A stretch of DNA of 64,000 bases from an uncultured Bacilli bacterium. Its GTDB lineage: Bacteria > Bacillota_I > Bacilli_A > RF39 > UBA660. Made by a program: the position numbers and the translations under genes. The notes beneath the pieces were generated by a model. The model saw nothing but the letters and a program-made list of their open reading frames with translations, did no database searches and was not told where the DNA came from. Within the stretch, counting starts at the first letter, position 1. Each line of letters starts with the position of its first letter. The stretch covers positions 22,337 to 86,336 of the forward strand of contig CAKOJR010000002.1 in the NCBI GenBank assembly GCA_934090735.1, read 5' to 3'. This document shows positions 55,350 through 64,000 of this stretch, one piece after another.

Positions 55350-56071
55350 TATGATAACCTCTCTTCAATAAATATATCACCAAAATTATATTCCTGACTG
55401 ATTACTGCTTCTTTAGATTTTACTAGATTAAGAATTCCTAAAAAAGTTACAATTACATAAGGCTTGTCTACTTTATCAAATAGTTCTAGGAAGTTAACTT
55501 TTCCCCTATTATGAAGATAATTTTTAATACTAATGCATCTATCTTCTACGCTTAATTCTCTTTTAGTAACTGCTTTATTTACTGGTTCGTCTAGTTTTTT
55601 TCTATTTAAGTAGTCTTCAAATGCCTTAAGTAAATCATCTAGTGTTATGTCATTACTAAGTTTAATATTTTTATCTGCGTATTCATTTAGATTAGAAGGC
55701 ATTTTAGTTAATACTTCTTTTCTTTTATCTTCAAGTTCACTTAATTTATCGGCAGCTGCTTTTAACTTTTCATATTCAATTAGTCTATTTCTTAAATCGT
55801 CTTCCGTGTTAATTTCGTATTCTGCATCGTCTTCTTCGTCATTTTTATTAAGTAGTAGTTTACTTTTTAAATGGATAAGTTCTGATGCCATAACTAAATA
55901 CTCACTAGCTCCGTCGATAGTGAGTTCTTTGTGCTTGTTAATAAAGTTTAAATATTCTTTAGTTATCTTTTCTATGTTTATGTCATATATATCCATTTTG
56001 TGGGCTTTGATTAAATGCCATAATAAATCTAATGGCCCATCAAAATCGTTAATTTTTATATTCACTTGCAA
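55349..56071 (-). CDS. scpA: segregation and condensation protein A
   Basis: FDGPLDLLWHLIKAHKMDIYDI. The track start is TTG; a GTG two codons downstream (56065-56063) overlaps the upstream TGA (GTGA) and may be the real start. Confidence 0.88.
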   Translation of the reverse strand: MQVNIKINDFDGPLDLLWHLIKAHKMDIYDINIEKITKEYLNFINKHKELTIDGASEYLVMASELIHLKSKLLLNKNDEEDDAEYEINTEDDLRNRLIEYEKLKAAADKLSELEDKRKEVLTKMPSNLNEYADKNIKLSNDITLDDLLKAFEDYLNRKKLDEPVNKAVTKRELSVEDRCISIKNYLHNRGKVNFLELFDKVDKPYVIVTFLGILNLVKSKEAVISQEYNFGDIFIEERLS

Positions 56072-56967
56072 TCAAATCCTTTAGTTAACATATCATAGCT
56101 AACCTCTTTAAGTGGTGCATTCATATAGAAATAGTTATAGTCGTAGTCATCACTTAAAGTTTCCCTTATATTCTCTGAAAGTGTAATTTCCGCATTGAAA
56201 ACAAAGCCATCATTAGTTTCCTCTGTTGTGCTTATAATGCCATTATTGTTTAGTCTAGTTGATAATTCTTGATATGAATTAAATGAATTCATGTAGGCAG
56301 TAATATCTGAAGTATCGTTATTGGTAAATGTGGTTTTTACTGTTTTTAGGGTATTATTTTCAAAAGAATATATATATGTCTGATTATCAAGTTCGCAAGT
56401 TAAAGTGTTTGCTTCGCTTACTTCTGGATAATCATCGGTTGTAATATTTACAATTTTACCATAATAATTTTCACCAGTATTAATTGTTAATTTATATAAT
56501 GTAGTGCTTACGTTTGTTACTTCTTTATTGATATTACCTGTTAGTTTTACTCTTGTTAGTAAGTCTTTGGTCCCATAAATTTCTAAAAATAGTTTGTGCT
56601 CGTCTAAATTGAAATCTATATTTGATGACATATCAAAACTTATTTTATTTCCTTCTAAAGTAAAATTGGTAAGTTTGATATTTTGATAAGAAACCGCACT
56701 AGTTTTATTTAAAATTTGTCTATCTTCAGCAGGCACGTCTGGCTGTGGCGTTGGCTCTTCATCTTTAGTAAAGCTATTTAATATTTGTCTTACTAATACT
56801 GAAAAGGAATCATTGTTGTTGTTAATATAATCTTTAATATATGGAAGTCCAAAACAGGTTCCTAAAAGTAATATAAAGCAGAATAAAACAAAAAATGGTT
56901 TACTTGATTTTTCTTTTTTTAATACTCCTAATGTAATAGGTTCATTGTTTTCATTATCACTTTTCAT
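56062..56967 (-). CDS. membrane-anchored hypothetical protein
   Basis: 301 aa with one N-terminal TM (FFVLFCFILLLGTCFGL). No family recognised. Confidence 0.55.
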   Translation of the reverse strand: MKSDNENNEPITLGVLKKEKSSKPFFVLFCFILLLGTCFGLPYIKDYINNNNDSFSVLVRQILNSFTKDEEPTPQPDVPAEDRQILNKTSAVSYQNIKLTNFTLEGNKISFDMSSNIDFNLDEHKLFLEIYGTKDLLTRVKLTGNINKEVTNVSTTLYKLTINTGENYYGKIVNITTDDYPEVSEANTLTCELDNQTYIYSFENNTLKTVKTTFTNNDTSDITAYMNSFNSYQELSTRLNNNGIISTTEETNDGFVFNAEITLSENIRETLSDDYDYNYFYMNAPLKEVSYDMLTKGFDCK

Positions 56968-57012
56968 AACAAATCCCTTTCATTCTAAAAGTATTATATC
57001 AAAAACCAAAAT

Positions 57013-57039
57013 AAAAAAAAAGTAGTTAAGTTAAACTAC
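57013..57039 (-). terminator. rho-independent terminator after surface paralog P3
   Basis: GTAGTT-taactt-AACTAC followed by T9 on the - strand. Confidence 0.65.
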
Positions 57040-57053
57040 GTTGTATTTGAGTG

Positions 57054-58637
57054 TTAAACTACTTTATAAGGATTTTCTGGGGTACCGGCTCCAATAACAT
57101 TAACACTTGAAACTAAGCTTATTGATGGTCTGATGCCATATAAATTATCAACGTCATCGTAAACAAAGATTGTTTCATCATATGACTGATAAACAATCCA
57201 AACTATTGCTTTATAATTGTAATAAGCATAAGGCGACAAACTCCACCATTCGGTGTTTCCTGTATTTTCTTTTAAATATGTTAATTGATTATTTATATTG
57301 AATGCATAGCCTGCATAAGCTATTTCATCTGCTGATAATAGACCTATTTTACTTTGTACTTTATTTAGGGCTCCATTGCATTTTAAACTTGGGCCGGTTT
57401 CGTTATCATCATTCTGTCTTAATCTTTTTGTTGCTTCATAATAAGTCTCATTATCATTGTAACCAAGACCATTCATTTTCCAACCGTCGATACGGTAATC
57501 AGTATCAGTTACGTTTGTCTTATCTGTACACCATATTGTATCTGAGATATTTTCTTCGTATGAAGCTAAATTATTCGTATACCATGTTTCTAAATTAGTA
57601 AGTATTGTGCTTTTGGTTGTGTTAGCATGCGTGCTTGTGTAGTCATTTACCTCTGTTTCGCCATACATCAAACCAACATAGGCGTTGTCATCTACATTTG
57701 TATTAAAGGCACTTCTATATGTGCTTCCCGAATATCTTGCAAAGGCAGCGTCATTACTATTGTTAGTTGATGAGCATGGATTTATGCTCTGATTTATATT
57801 ATCATTGTGTAAAATTAGCTTTGTTGTCCCATCACCTGCTATTCTTACTATGCGCCAACATTTATTTGCAAACTCTAAATAGTTATTTTTTACGTTACCT
57901 CTAAAATAGTAAGAGATTCCGTAATCATCTTCTGCATCCGCCAGTAGTGCTTCACTAGCCAATGATATATCTGTTCCTGGAGTTGTTAGTGGAGTATTTA
58001 ATTTGTTATTATTGAGAATTGCTTTATTTAATAATATGGGAGATTGAATGGCACTGGTTATTACTACAATCTTGCCTGCCCATATTTTGTCTAGGCCTTG
58101 TTCTGTTGTGACCGCACTATCCATCCATATTCTTAAATCATAACTCTTTTCTTCATTTGAATTTAAGCCAGTATCTACTATTATATATCCTTTACTGTTA
58201 TTATCTAAATCTGTTAATGTTTGGCTTCCAAGTATTACTGAAGAATTTTTAGTAGTATCCTTTGGAGATATATTTACTTTAATATAGTTATCTTTTAGAT
58301 AAGCTGAGTCTGTGCTTGTTCTGTATGTGCTTTTAATTGTGATATATGCTTTTACGTAACTATCACAGTTATTCTTGATTATAAAAGTAAATGGTGTTTG
58401 TTTTAAACCATCTTTATCTTTTATTGGAAATGCATCTGTTAGTTCTATTTTAGAAGTATCTTCGGTTAGAGTTGTGCTAAAGCATGTTCTTGAAGCTAGT
58501 GTATTAGCTTCGCTTTGACTTAAATATAATCTAAACCAAGCAAAAGATACACCGATTATACAGATTACTGTAATTAGCAGACTATAATATATTTTTAGTT
58601 TTTTCTTTTTATTATCAATATTAACTTCTTGGTTCAT
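57054..58637 (-). CDS. large secreted protein, paralog P3 (short form)
   Basis: 527 aa with ..IIGVSFAWF..EANTLASRTCFSTTL, the CWRIVRIAGDGTTKLILHNDNINQ block, WWSLSP..YGIRPSISL, and the tail GAGTPENPYKVV. Confidence 0.8.
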   Translation of the reverse strand: MNQEVNIDNKKKKLKIYYSLLITVICIIGVSFAWFRLYLSQSEANTLASRTCFSTTLTEDTSKIELTDAFPIKDKDGLKQTPFTFIIKNNCDSYVKAYITIKSTYRTSTDSAYLKDNYIKVNISPKDTTKNSSVILGSQTLTDLDNNSKGYIIVDTGLNSNEEKSYDLRIWMDSAVTTEQGLDKIWAGKIVVITSAIQSPILLNKAILNNNKLNTPLTTPGTDISLASEALLADAEDDYGISYYFRGNVKNNYLEFANKCWRIVRIAGDGTTKLILHNDNINQSINPCSSTNNSNDAAFARYSGSTYRSAFNTNVDDNAYVGLMYGETEVNDYTSTHANTTKSTILTNLETWYTNNLASYEENISDTIWCTDKTNVTDTDYRIDGWKMNGLGYNDNETYYEATKRLRQNDDNETGPSLKCNGALNKVQSKIGLLSADEIAYAGYAFNINNQLTYLKENTGNTEWWSLSPYAYYNYKAIVWIVYQSYDETIFVYDDVDNLYGIRPSISLVSSVNVIGAGTPENPYKVV

Positions 58638-58661
58638 ATATACTCACTATCTTTCTATTAT

Positions 58662-58691
58662 TAGTATATAATACACGCCCCCCCATGTCAA
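58662..58691 (-). promoter_or_regulatory. promoter of P3 with G8 tract in the spacer
   Basis: - strand TTGACA(58691-58686)-18 nt-TATACT(58667-58662). The spacer contains G8 (C8 on the + strand, 58677-58684) plus an extra CG relative to the P2 promoter. Confidence 0.55.
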
Positions 58692-58825
58692 GTTAATATT
58701 TGGTTAATTTTATTCTGTGCCTGTAAAATTTGTACTGGTATTGTACTGATATACTTAAAGTGGATGACTCTGAAAGTTAAGTGAACAACTAAAATAATAA
58801 CGCAACAAAAAAGTTAAACTTAAAT

Positions 58826-60229
58826 TTAACTTTCTTTAATTCCGTCTAGACTAAAGCTTTTTGCTTCAGTAATTTTAACATTAATAATTTTACCAATATC
58901 TTCTTTAGGTGCATCAACATTAACTAACTTCATGTTTTCAGTGTAGCCACATACTTTAGTGTCATCTTTTTCACTTATTCCAGTTATAAGGACTTTTACG
59001 GTTTGATTTAGCATTTTCATATTGCTTTCTTTAGAATATTTATTAATTAATTCATTAAGTTCATGTAATCTATTTTCTTTTTCTTCTAAAGTTACGTCAT
59101 CTTTAAGTGTTGCTGCTGGGGTATTTTCTCTTGGTGAGAATATAAAAGTAAATGCTCCATCATATTTGCATTCATTAACAACTGCTAAGGTATCTTCAAA
59201 ATCTTCTCTAGTTTCTCCTGGGAAACCTACAATAATGTCTGTTGTAATACTAGCGTTTTTAACTTTGTTTCTAATCTTATTATATAAAGTTAAGTAATCA
59301 TCTTTACTGTAACGTCTACCCATTAATTTTAGTATTCTGCTTGAGCCACTTTGTAATGGTAAATGAATATATGGCATAATATTATCACGCTGTGCAATAA
59401 CATCTATCATTTCATCAGTAAAGTCCCAAGGATGACTAGTTACAAATCTAATTCTTGGAATTCCTGTGTCACTTACTAGTTCTAAAAGTCTTGCAAAAGT
59501 TACATCATCTAAATCTTTTCCATAAGCATTAACGTTTTGTCCTAGTAAGGTAATTTCTTGATATCCGGCTTCTTTTAATTCTTTAACTTCTTTGATTATG
59601 TCTTCTGACTTTCTACTTCTTTGTTTACCTCTTGTATAAGGAACAATACAGTAAGTACAGAATTTATCACAGCCATACATTATATTAACCCATGCAGATA
59701 TTTTTGAGTCTCTTTTGTAAAGGTTACCGAATTCAATGACGTCTCCTTCTTTGCTGTATACTTCGATATCTTGTTTTCCATAGTAATTAGTAAGCATTTT
59801 AGGTAAGTCATTCATGTTATGAGTACCAAATACAATATCTATGTATGGATGTTTTTCTCTAATTTCATTTACTACACTTTCTTCTTGAGCCATGCAGCCA
59901 CATAAACCAATAATAAGGTCTTTCTTTTCTTTTTTTAGATGCTTGCATCTTCCAAGAAAGCCGAATACTTTATCGTGAGCATTTTCTCTAATGGCACACG
60001 TGTTTAAAATTATAAAGTCAGCATTTTCCATCTCTTCTGTTTTAATATAACCTAAAGACTCAATTAAAGCACTTATTTCTTCAGAGTCATGAACGTTCAT
60101 CTGACAGCCATAAGTTTTAATAAAATATTTTTTTCCTTTAAATAGTTCATTATTTTCTCTATTTTCGTAAATATAATTAACTTTACTTTGATTTCTAATT
60201 TTTGCATCATTCATATTAGGTAAATGCAT
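58826..60229 (-). CDS. miaB: tRNA (i6A37) methylthiotransferase MiaB
   Basis: UPF0004 N-terminus FIKTYGCQMNVHDSE, radical-SAM motif GCDKFCTYCIVP, and a C-terminal TRAM domain. The start may be a few codons downstream. Confidence 0.85.
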   Translation of the reverse strand: MHLPNMNDAKIRNQSKVNYIYENRENNELFKGKKYFIKTYGCQMNVHDSEEISALIESLGYIKTEEMENADFIILNTCAIRENAHDKVFGFLGRCKHLKKEKKDLIIGLCGCMAQEESVVNEIREKHPYIDIVFGTHNMNDLPKMLTNYYGKQDIEVYSKEGDVIEFGNLYKRDSKISAWVNIMYGCDKFCTYCIVPYTRGKQRSRKSEDIIKEVKELKEAGYQEITLLGQNVNAYGKDLDDVTFARLLELVSDTGIPRIRFVTSHPWDFTDEMIDVIAQRDNIMPYIHLPLQSGSSRILKLMGRRYSKDDYLTLYNKIRNKVKNASITTDIIVGFPGETREDFEDTLAVVNECKYDGAFTFIFSPRENTPAATLKDDVTLEEKENRLHELNELINKYSKESNMKMLNQTVKVLITGISEKDDTKVCGYTENMKLVNVDAPKEDIGKIINVKITEAKSFSLDGIKES

Positions 60230-60309
60230 ATTATCACCACCACGAGTTAGATTATAACACGCGAGTGCTTAAAAGTAAATGAATTTATTTGATAGTCTTA
60301 AACAATTGT

Positions 60310-60338
60310 TTGACACGAACAAAAAATTGTGTTAATAT
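60310..60338 (+). promoter_or_regulatory. sigma-A type promoter of lexA
   Basis: TTGACA-17 nt-TAATAT. Confidence 0.55.
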
Positions 60339-60357
60339 ACAGCTAGGAGTTGAAATT

Positions 60358-60978
60358 ATGGAACAAAAACTAACTAAAAAGCAGGAAGAAGTTTTAACAT
60401 TTATTAAAAAGTATATTGTAAAATATGGGTTTCCACCTTCTGTAAGGGAGATATGTGCTGGGCTTAATTTATCTAGTCCTGCTACTGTTCATACTCATTT
60501 AAAACAATTGGAACTTAAGGGTGCGATAAGTAAAACAAAATCTAAATTCAGAACTATAGAGGTTACTGGTGAAAACGAGTATATGCCTAAAAATGAAGAG
60601 ATTGTTAAAGTTCCTTTACTTGGTAAAGTTACTGCAGGTATGCCTATTGAAGCAATTGAGCAACCAGATGAGTTTTTCTCACTACCCGCAGATATTCTTC
60701 CTAAAAAAGAAACTATTTTTACTTTAAAGGTATCTGGATTAAGTATGATTAATGCTGGCATATTAGATGGTGATATTGTTATTGTTCAAAAGCAAAAAAC
60801 TGCTAATAATGGTGATATAGTTGTTGCTATGACTGAAGAAAATGAAGTTACACTTAAACGTTTCTTTAAAGAGGAGGATCATATAAGATTACAACCGGAA
60901 AATGATTCAATGGATCCAATAATTCTACCTAATTGTACTATTTTAGGTAAAGCAATTGGCTTATACAGGAGATTTTAA
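60358..60978 (+). CDS. lexA: SOS repressor LexA (S24 peptidase)
   Basis: From the ATG at 60358 (AGGAG SD): MEQKLTKKQEEVLTFIKKYIVKYGFPPSVREI. Also VSGLSMINAGI (Ser) and VTLKRF (Lys). Confidence 0.9.
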   Translation: MEQKLTKKQEEVLTFIKKYIVKYGFPPSVREICAGLNLSSPATVHTHLKQLELKGAISKTKSKFRTIEVTGENEYMPKNEEIVKVPLLGKVTAGMPIEAIEQPDEFFSLPADILPKKETIFTLKVSGLSMINAGILDGDIVIVQKQKTANNGDIVVAMTEENEVTLKRFFKEEDHIRLQPENDSMDPIILPNCTILGKAIGLYRRF

Positions 60979-60980
60979 AA

Positions 60981-61006
60981 AAGTTATCCACGAGATAACT
61001 TTTTTT
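60981..61006. terminator. bidirectional terminator (lexA / convergent zinc-ribbon gene)
   Basis: AAGTTATC-cacga-GATAACTT with flanking A and T runs. Confidence 0.65.
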
Positions 61007-62255
61007 AGTCTTTGTTAGAATTTAATTTTTTATTTTTACTAGTACTAGAATGAGTATAAGAGTCTTTAATCTTATTTACTTCCGTTGTGTCTTCATTTAA
61101 ATAATCAAAGGCATAATACTCAGCATTAACTAACTTATACCTACTATGTAAAATAAAACCAAATATAATTACTGCAATAATGCTTACAAAAGCAGATGCA
61201 ACAAGTGCTCCATTTTCATTCATATCTGTATTATTTAAAAGAAAAAACAATCCTAAAAATAGAATTAAGAAAAAACTAACAATAGATAATGTATATCTAA
61301 TCTTACCAATCGGCAAATTACCAACTAACTTACCTGTTTGACCATTCATCGCAAAAGTATAAATCTTCTTTTTAAATGGAATATTAAGAATATATACTGG
61401 TAAATATATATGATAGGTCTTACTTTTATCAAACATTAAATTATCGCCTTCATAATATTCTTCATCATGAGGAGATTCTCTTCTAGCTACTGAAACGCAA
61501 GAATTTCTGGCACGTTCTTTGGCAATCCCATAAGACTCTTCTTTACTAACATCATATCTATCAGCTAAATATCCACATAAAAATGCATGATTATACTTAA
61601 CTAACTTATCTAACTCAAAAGGTGAAATACTATCCATTAAATCATCGTTAAAAAATCTACTTGCATCGCATAAAACTTTTTCATATTCATAGTGTCCTCT
61701 AACAACAACGTCATAGTATTCCCTTTTCTCATACTCGTACTCATCATCTTCCCACTTCTCTATATCAACGCCTTCAAAATTAATATCGCCATCACAAATA
61801 ATATCATAAGCCCAAAATGGAATGTATATTCCCCTTATTTTTTCACTCATCTTAGCTTTTCTGAATTTTCTTGGAAGAAGTCTCTTACCTTTTAATAATT
61901 CGTTATAAGCATTTTTAGCGTCCTCTTCTGTTTTTTTGAAGGGAATTATATAGTCTGGTGTATCTTCACTTTTTATTTTATCTTTAAGGATTGCAGTGCT
62001 TCCACAATAAACGCAGAATGTAGAAAAAGTATTTATGTCGGAAATTATTTCTGCTCCACAGTTATTGCATTTAAAAGATATTAATTCTTCTGTATTTTCA
62101 TTTTTTATTATTTTATTTCCTTGTGATGAAATAAGCTCTTCAGAGGTAAATTTTGATGAGCAGTATTCACATTTGAATTTTTCTATAGCTGGATCCCAAA
62201 TTATTTGAGCTCCGCATGAAGGACATTTACTATCTAATGCATTATATTTTTTCAT
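61005..62255 (-). CDS. double zinc-ribbon protein with C-terminal TM helices
   Basis: CPSCG..CEYC and CNNCG..CVYCG at the N-terminus, with two TM helices near the C-terminus. Confidence 0.6.
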   Translation of the reverse strand: MKKYNALDSKCPSCGAQIIWDPAIEKFKCEYCSSKFTSEELISSQGNKIIKNENTEELISFKCNNCGAEIISDINTFSTFCVYCGSTAILKDKIKSEDTPDYIIPFKKTEEDAKNAYNELLKGKRLLPRKFRKAKMSEKIRGIYIPFWAYDIICDGDINFEGVDIEKWEDDEYEYEKREYYDVVVRGHYEYEKVLCDASRFFNDDLMDSISPFELDKLVKYNHAFLCGYLADRYDVSKEESYGIAKERARNSCVSVARRESPHDEEYYEGDNLMFDKSKTYHIYLPVYILNIPFKKKIYTFAMNGQTGKLVGNLPIGKIRYTLSIVSFFLILFLGLFFLLNNTDMNENGALVASAFVSIIAVIIFGFILHSRYKLVNAEYYAFDYLNEDTTEVNKIKDSYTHSSTSKNKKLNSNKD

Positions 62256-62324
62256 GCTATCACCAATTTAATTATAAAATAATTACATAATAAAATAAAT
62301 AAAAAAGAGTTTTTAATAAAACTC

Positions 62325-63440
62325 CTATCTAAAAAATAATAAATAACTTAAGAATGCAAAATATATTATAAAGATTATCCAGCCATTTATTCTTGATGAT
62401 GTATCGTCTTTTTTGGATAGTCCTAAGGCCATAGAAATAAATAAGCCACCTACTAGTCCACCTATATGGGCTGCATTATCTATACCATTAAAGCTAAATC
62501 CTAAAAATAAGTTAAGCAAGATAACTGGTACTATTTGAGATAATAGAACTGTTCCTAAATATAATCTGTAATGATAGCCAAAGTATAGTAAGCATCCCAT
62601 TAAACCAAAGATAGCACCACTTGCTCCTAAGCTATAGCCTTGTGTAAGAATTGCAGATAGCATGGATGCTGTTATACCACTAACTAAATATATTATTAAG
62701 AACTTTATTTTACCAATAAAAGTTTCGACTTGATTACCAATAACATATAAAGCGTACATGTTAAAACCTAAATGGATAATACTCGCATGTAAGAATGTAC
62801 TTGTTAATAGCAAATAGATTTTGCCAGCCTTAACTGCTTGACCATCTAGAATAAACATTCTAACAAGATCTGGGTATATAGTGCATAAGATATACATAGC
62901 GATGTTTAAAGCAATAATTGCATTTGTAACGAAGTTTTTCTTTGGTTTAAATATTTTTTCATATTCTTTGTTATTTTCTTCTGTTTTTTCATTAATATCA
63001 TTAGTAATATTTACAATCATATCAATATCACTTTCTTTATTTAAACCGGCTGTTTTTAATTTTGGAAAAACTTCACCAATTGTATTTCTTACGTCTTTAA
63101 TTGTTTTAACATTATAAACGTCAATATTTTTGTCTGGGTCAATTTTTACATCGTCATTTAAATCTAAAAGAATATTCATTGTTTTCATTTTTAGTGAGAA
63201 TGTTTTCTTTTTGATCTGTTTAACGATATTTTTTATTTTAAATACGTCGAATTTATATTGTTCTTCATTATGTATGTAATTTGAATTGATTCTGATAACT
63301 TTATATGGAGCATCTAAATTTTCAAGCCATACTTCATTTTTTACGCCATTAACTAAAATGGGTTCATAGTCTTCTTCTGTAACAAAATAATGAACTAATT
63401 GCATTATAATTTCATCTTTATTACTAACTACTACGCTCAT
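62325..63440 (-). CDS. rhomboid-family intramembrane serine protease with N-terminal cytoplasmic domain
   Basis: The C-terminal half is polytopic, with GASGAIFGLMG (catalytic Ser) and AAHIGGLVGG (His). Confidence 0.8.
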   Translation of the reverse strand: MSVVVSNKDEIIMQLVHYFVTEEDYEPILVNGVKNEVWLENLDAPYKVIRINSNYIHNEEQYKFDVFKIKNIVKQIKKKTFSLKMKTMNILLDLNDDVKIDPDKNIDVYNVKTIKDVRNTIGEVFPKLKTAGLNKESDIDMIVNITNDINEKTEENNKEYEKIFKPKKNFVTNAIIALNIAMYILCTIYPDLVRMFILDGQAVKAGKIYLLLTSTFLHASIIHLGFNMYALYVIGNQVETFIGKIKFLIIYLVSGITASMLSAILTQGYSLGASGAIFGLMGCLLYFGYHYRLYLGTVLLSQIVPVILLNLFLGFSFNGIDNAAHIGGLVGGLFISMALGLSKKDDTSSRINGWIIFIIYFAFLSYLLFFR

Positions 63441-63502
63441 AATACTTCACCTCTTGCATATATATTTTATAACAAATAAAGTTTTTAGTAAAGGAGAATG
63501 CT

Positions 63503-63949
63503 ATGTCTAAAAAAATCATTTGTTTTCTTTTATTATTAGTTCCATGGTTTACTTCTGGTCTTTTATTTCCATTTGATCCTGGATTTTATAATTCTTTAAC
63601 TCTGCCTAATTTTACTCCGCCTAAATTATTCTTTATTATAATTTGGCCTGTTTTATTTATATTAATTACGATTACGGTTTATTGTATTTTAAAAAAAGAT
63701 AATCAAAATAATGACTATCTTTATATTCTGATTATGAATTTTATTGGTGTAGAGACTTATAATTTGTTTTTCTTTTATATGAATAATTTATTTTTATCTT
63801 TAGTAAGTACGGTTGTTACACTTGTAACTAGCATCTTTTTAACTCTTGAGACAAAAAAACTAGATGAGTTATGGCCGCTTCTAATACCATATAATATCTG
63901 GAATATTTATGCTTTTATTTTGATAACTTCTATTTATCTTACTAATTAA
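63503..63949 (+). CDS. tspO: TspO/MBR-family membrane protein (divergent)
   Basis: 148 aa with 5 TM helices. The motif YNSLTLPNFTPPKLFFIIIWPVLFILI resembles Y..L.kP.w.PP...F.vW..LY. Confidence 0.5.
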   Translation: MSKKIICFLLLLVPWFTSGLLFPFDPGFYNSLTLPNFTPPKLFFIIIWPVLFILITITVYCILKKDNQNNDYLYILIMNFIGVETYNLFFFYMNNLFLSLVSTVVTLVTSIFLTLETKKLDELWPLLIPYNIWNIYAFILITSIYLTN

Positions 63950-64000
63950 GTGTATCTAGAAAGTCTTTAAATTCTTTAGGAAGATCACACTCAAAATGAA

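Noticed and set aside
60316-60332. Possible LexA (Cheo) box in the lexA promoter spacer: CGAACAAAAAATTGTGT
   Set aside because: Only the left half-site (CGAAC) matches the Firmicute consensus CGAAC-N4-GTTCG, and the right half (AATT/GTGT) does not. I found no similar element upstream of ruvA or dnaE to support a lineage-specific variant.
63950-64000. Possible 3' end of a - strand gene at the right edge (..FILSVIFLKNLKTF*)
   Set aside because: Only about 15 codons are visible, which is too little to support a call.

Overview
AT-rich, low-GC Bacillota-type chromosomal segment. Exact GC was not computed, and the lineage guess (Erysipelotrichales-like or a related Bacilli group) is inference only. 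About 50 of roughly 60 genes lie on the - strand. The backbone is housekeeping: parE, uppS-cdsA-rseP, dnaE, rpmB, prsA, miaA, mutL, yqeG-yqeH, aspS with a T-box leader, gap, clpP, a long ruvA-ruvB-glyA-thyA-folA-queA-tgt co-directional block, argS, nrdDG-dut, scpAB, miaB, lexA, a rhomboid protease, and three tRNAs. Several accessory modules sit inside this backbone. (1) A tightly coupled four-gene operon (43263-48047): a zinc-ribbon/BspA-LRR membrane protein, a 578-aa radical-SAM/SPASM enzyme, a 124-aa protein ending GSGGGGYHGGSSS-N12-R, and a double-zinc-ribbon membrane protein. I cannot assign it to any known RiPP or defence family, and it is my best candidate for an undescribed system. (2) A dispersed family of large secreted proteins (three intact copies plus one decayed copy). 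They have a TasA/SipW-type N-terminal signal, a conserved CWRIVRI core and a GTGTSEDPY tail. Two copies carry a G8 tract inside the promoter spacer, giving spacers of 16 and 18 nt, which suggests phase variation. (3) A candidate type I toxin-antitoxin locus (29-aa hydrophobic peptide, convergent antisense RNA, 25-nt inverted repeats). (4) Smaller items: an orphan HerA-like ATPase, an HD(ppGpp-hydrolase-like)/P-loop kinase fusion, two NPxTG-sorted surface proteins, three tiny YjcZ-like TM peptides, and an 18-bp perfect palindrome between nrdD and a Cys-free Crp/Fnr regulator. No CRISPR array, transposase, integrase or rRNA was seen.
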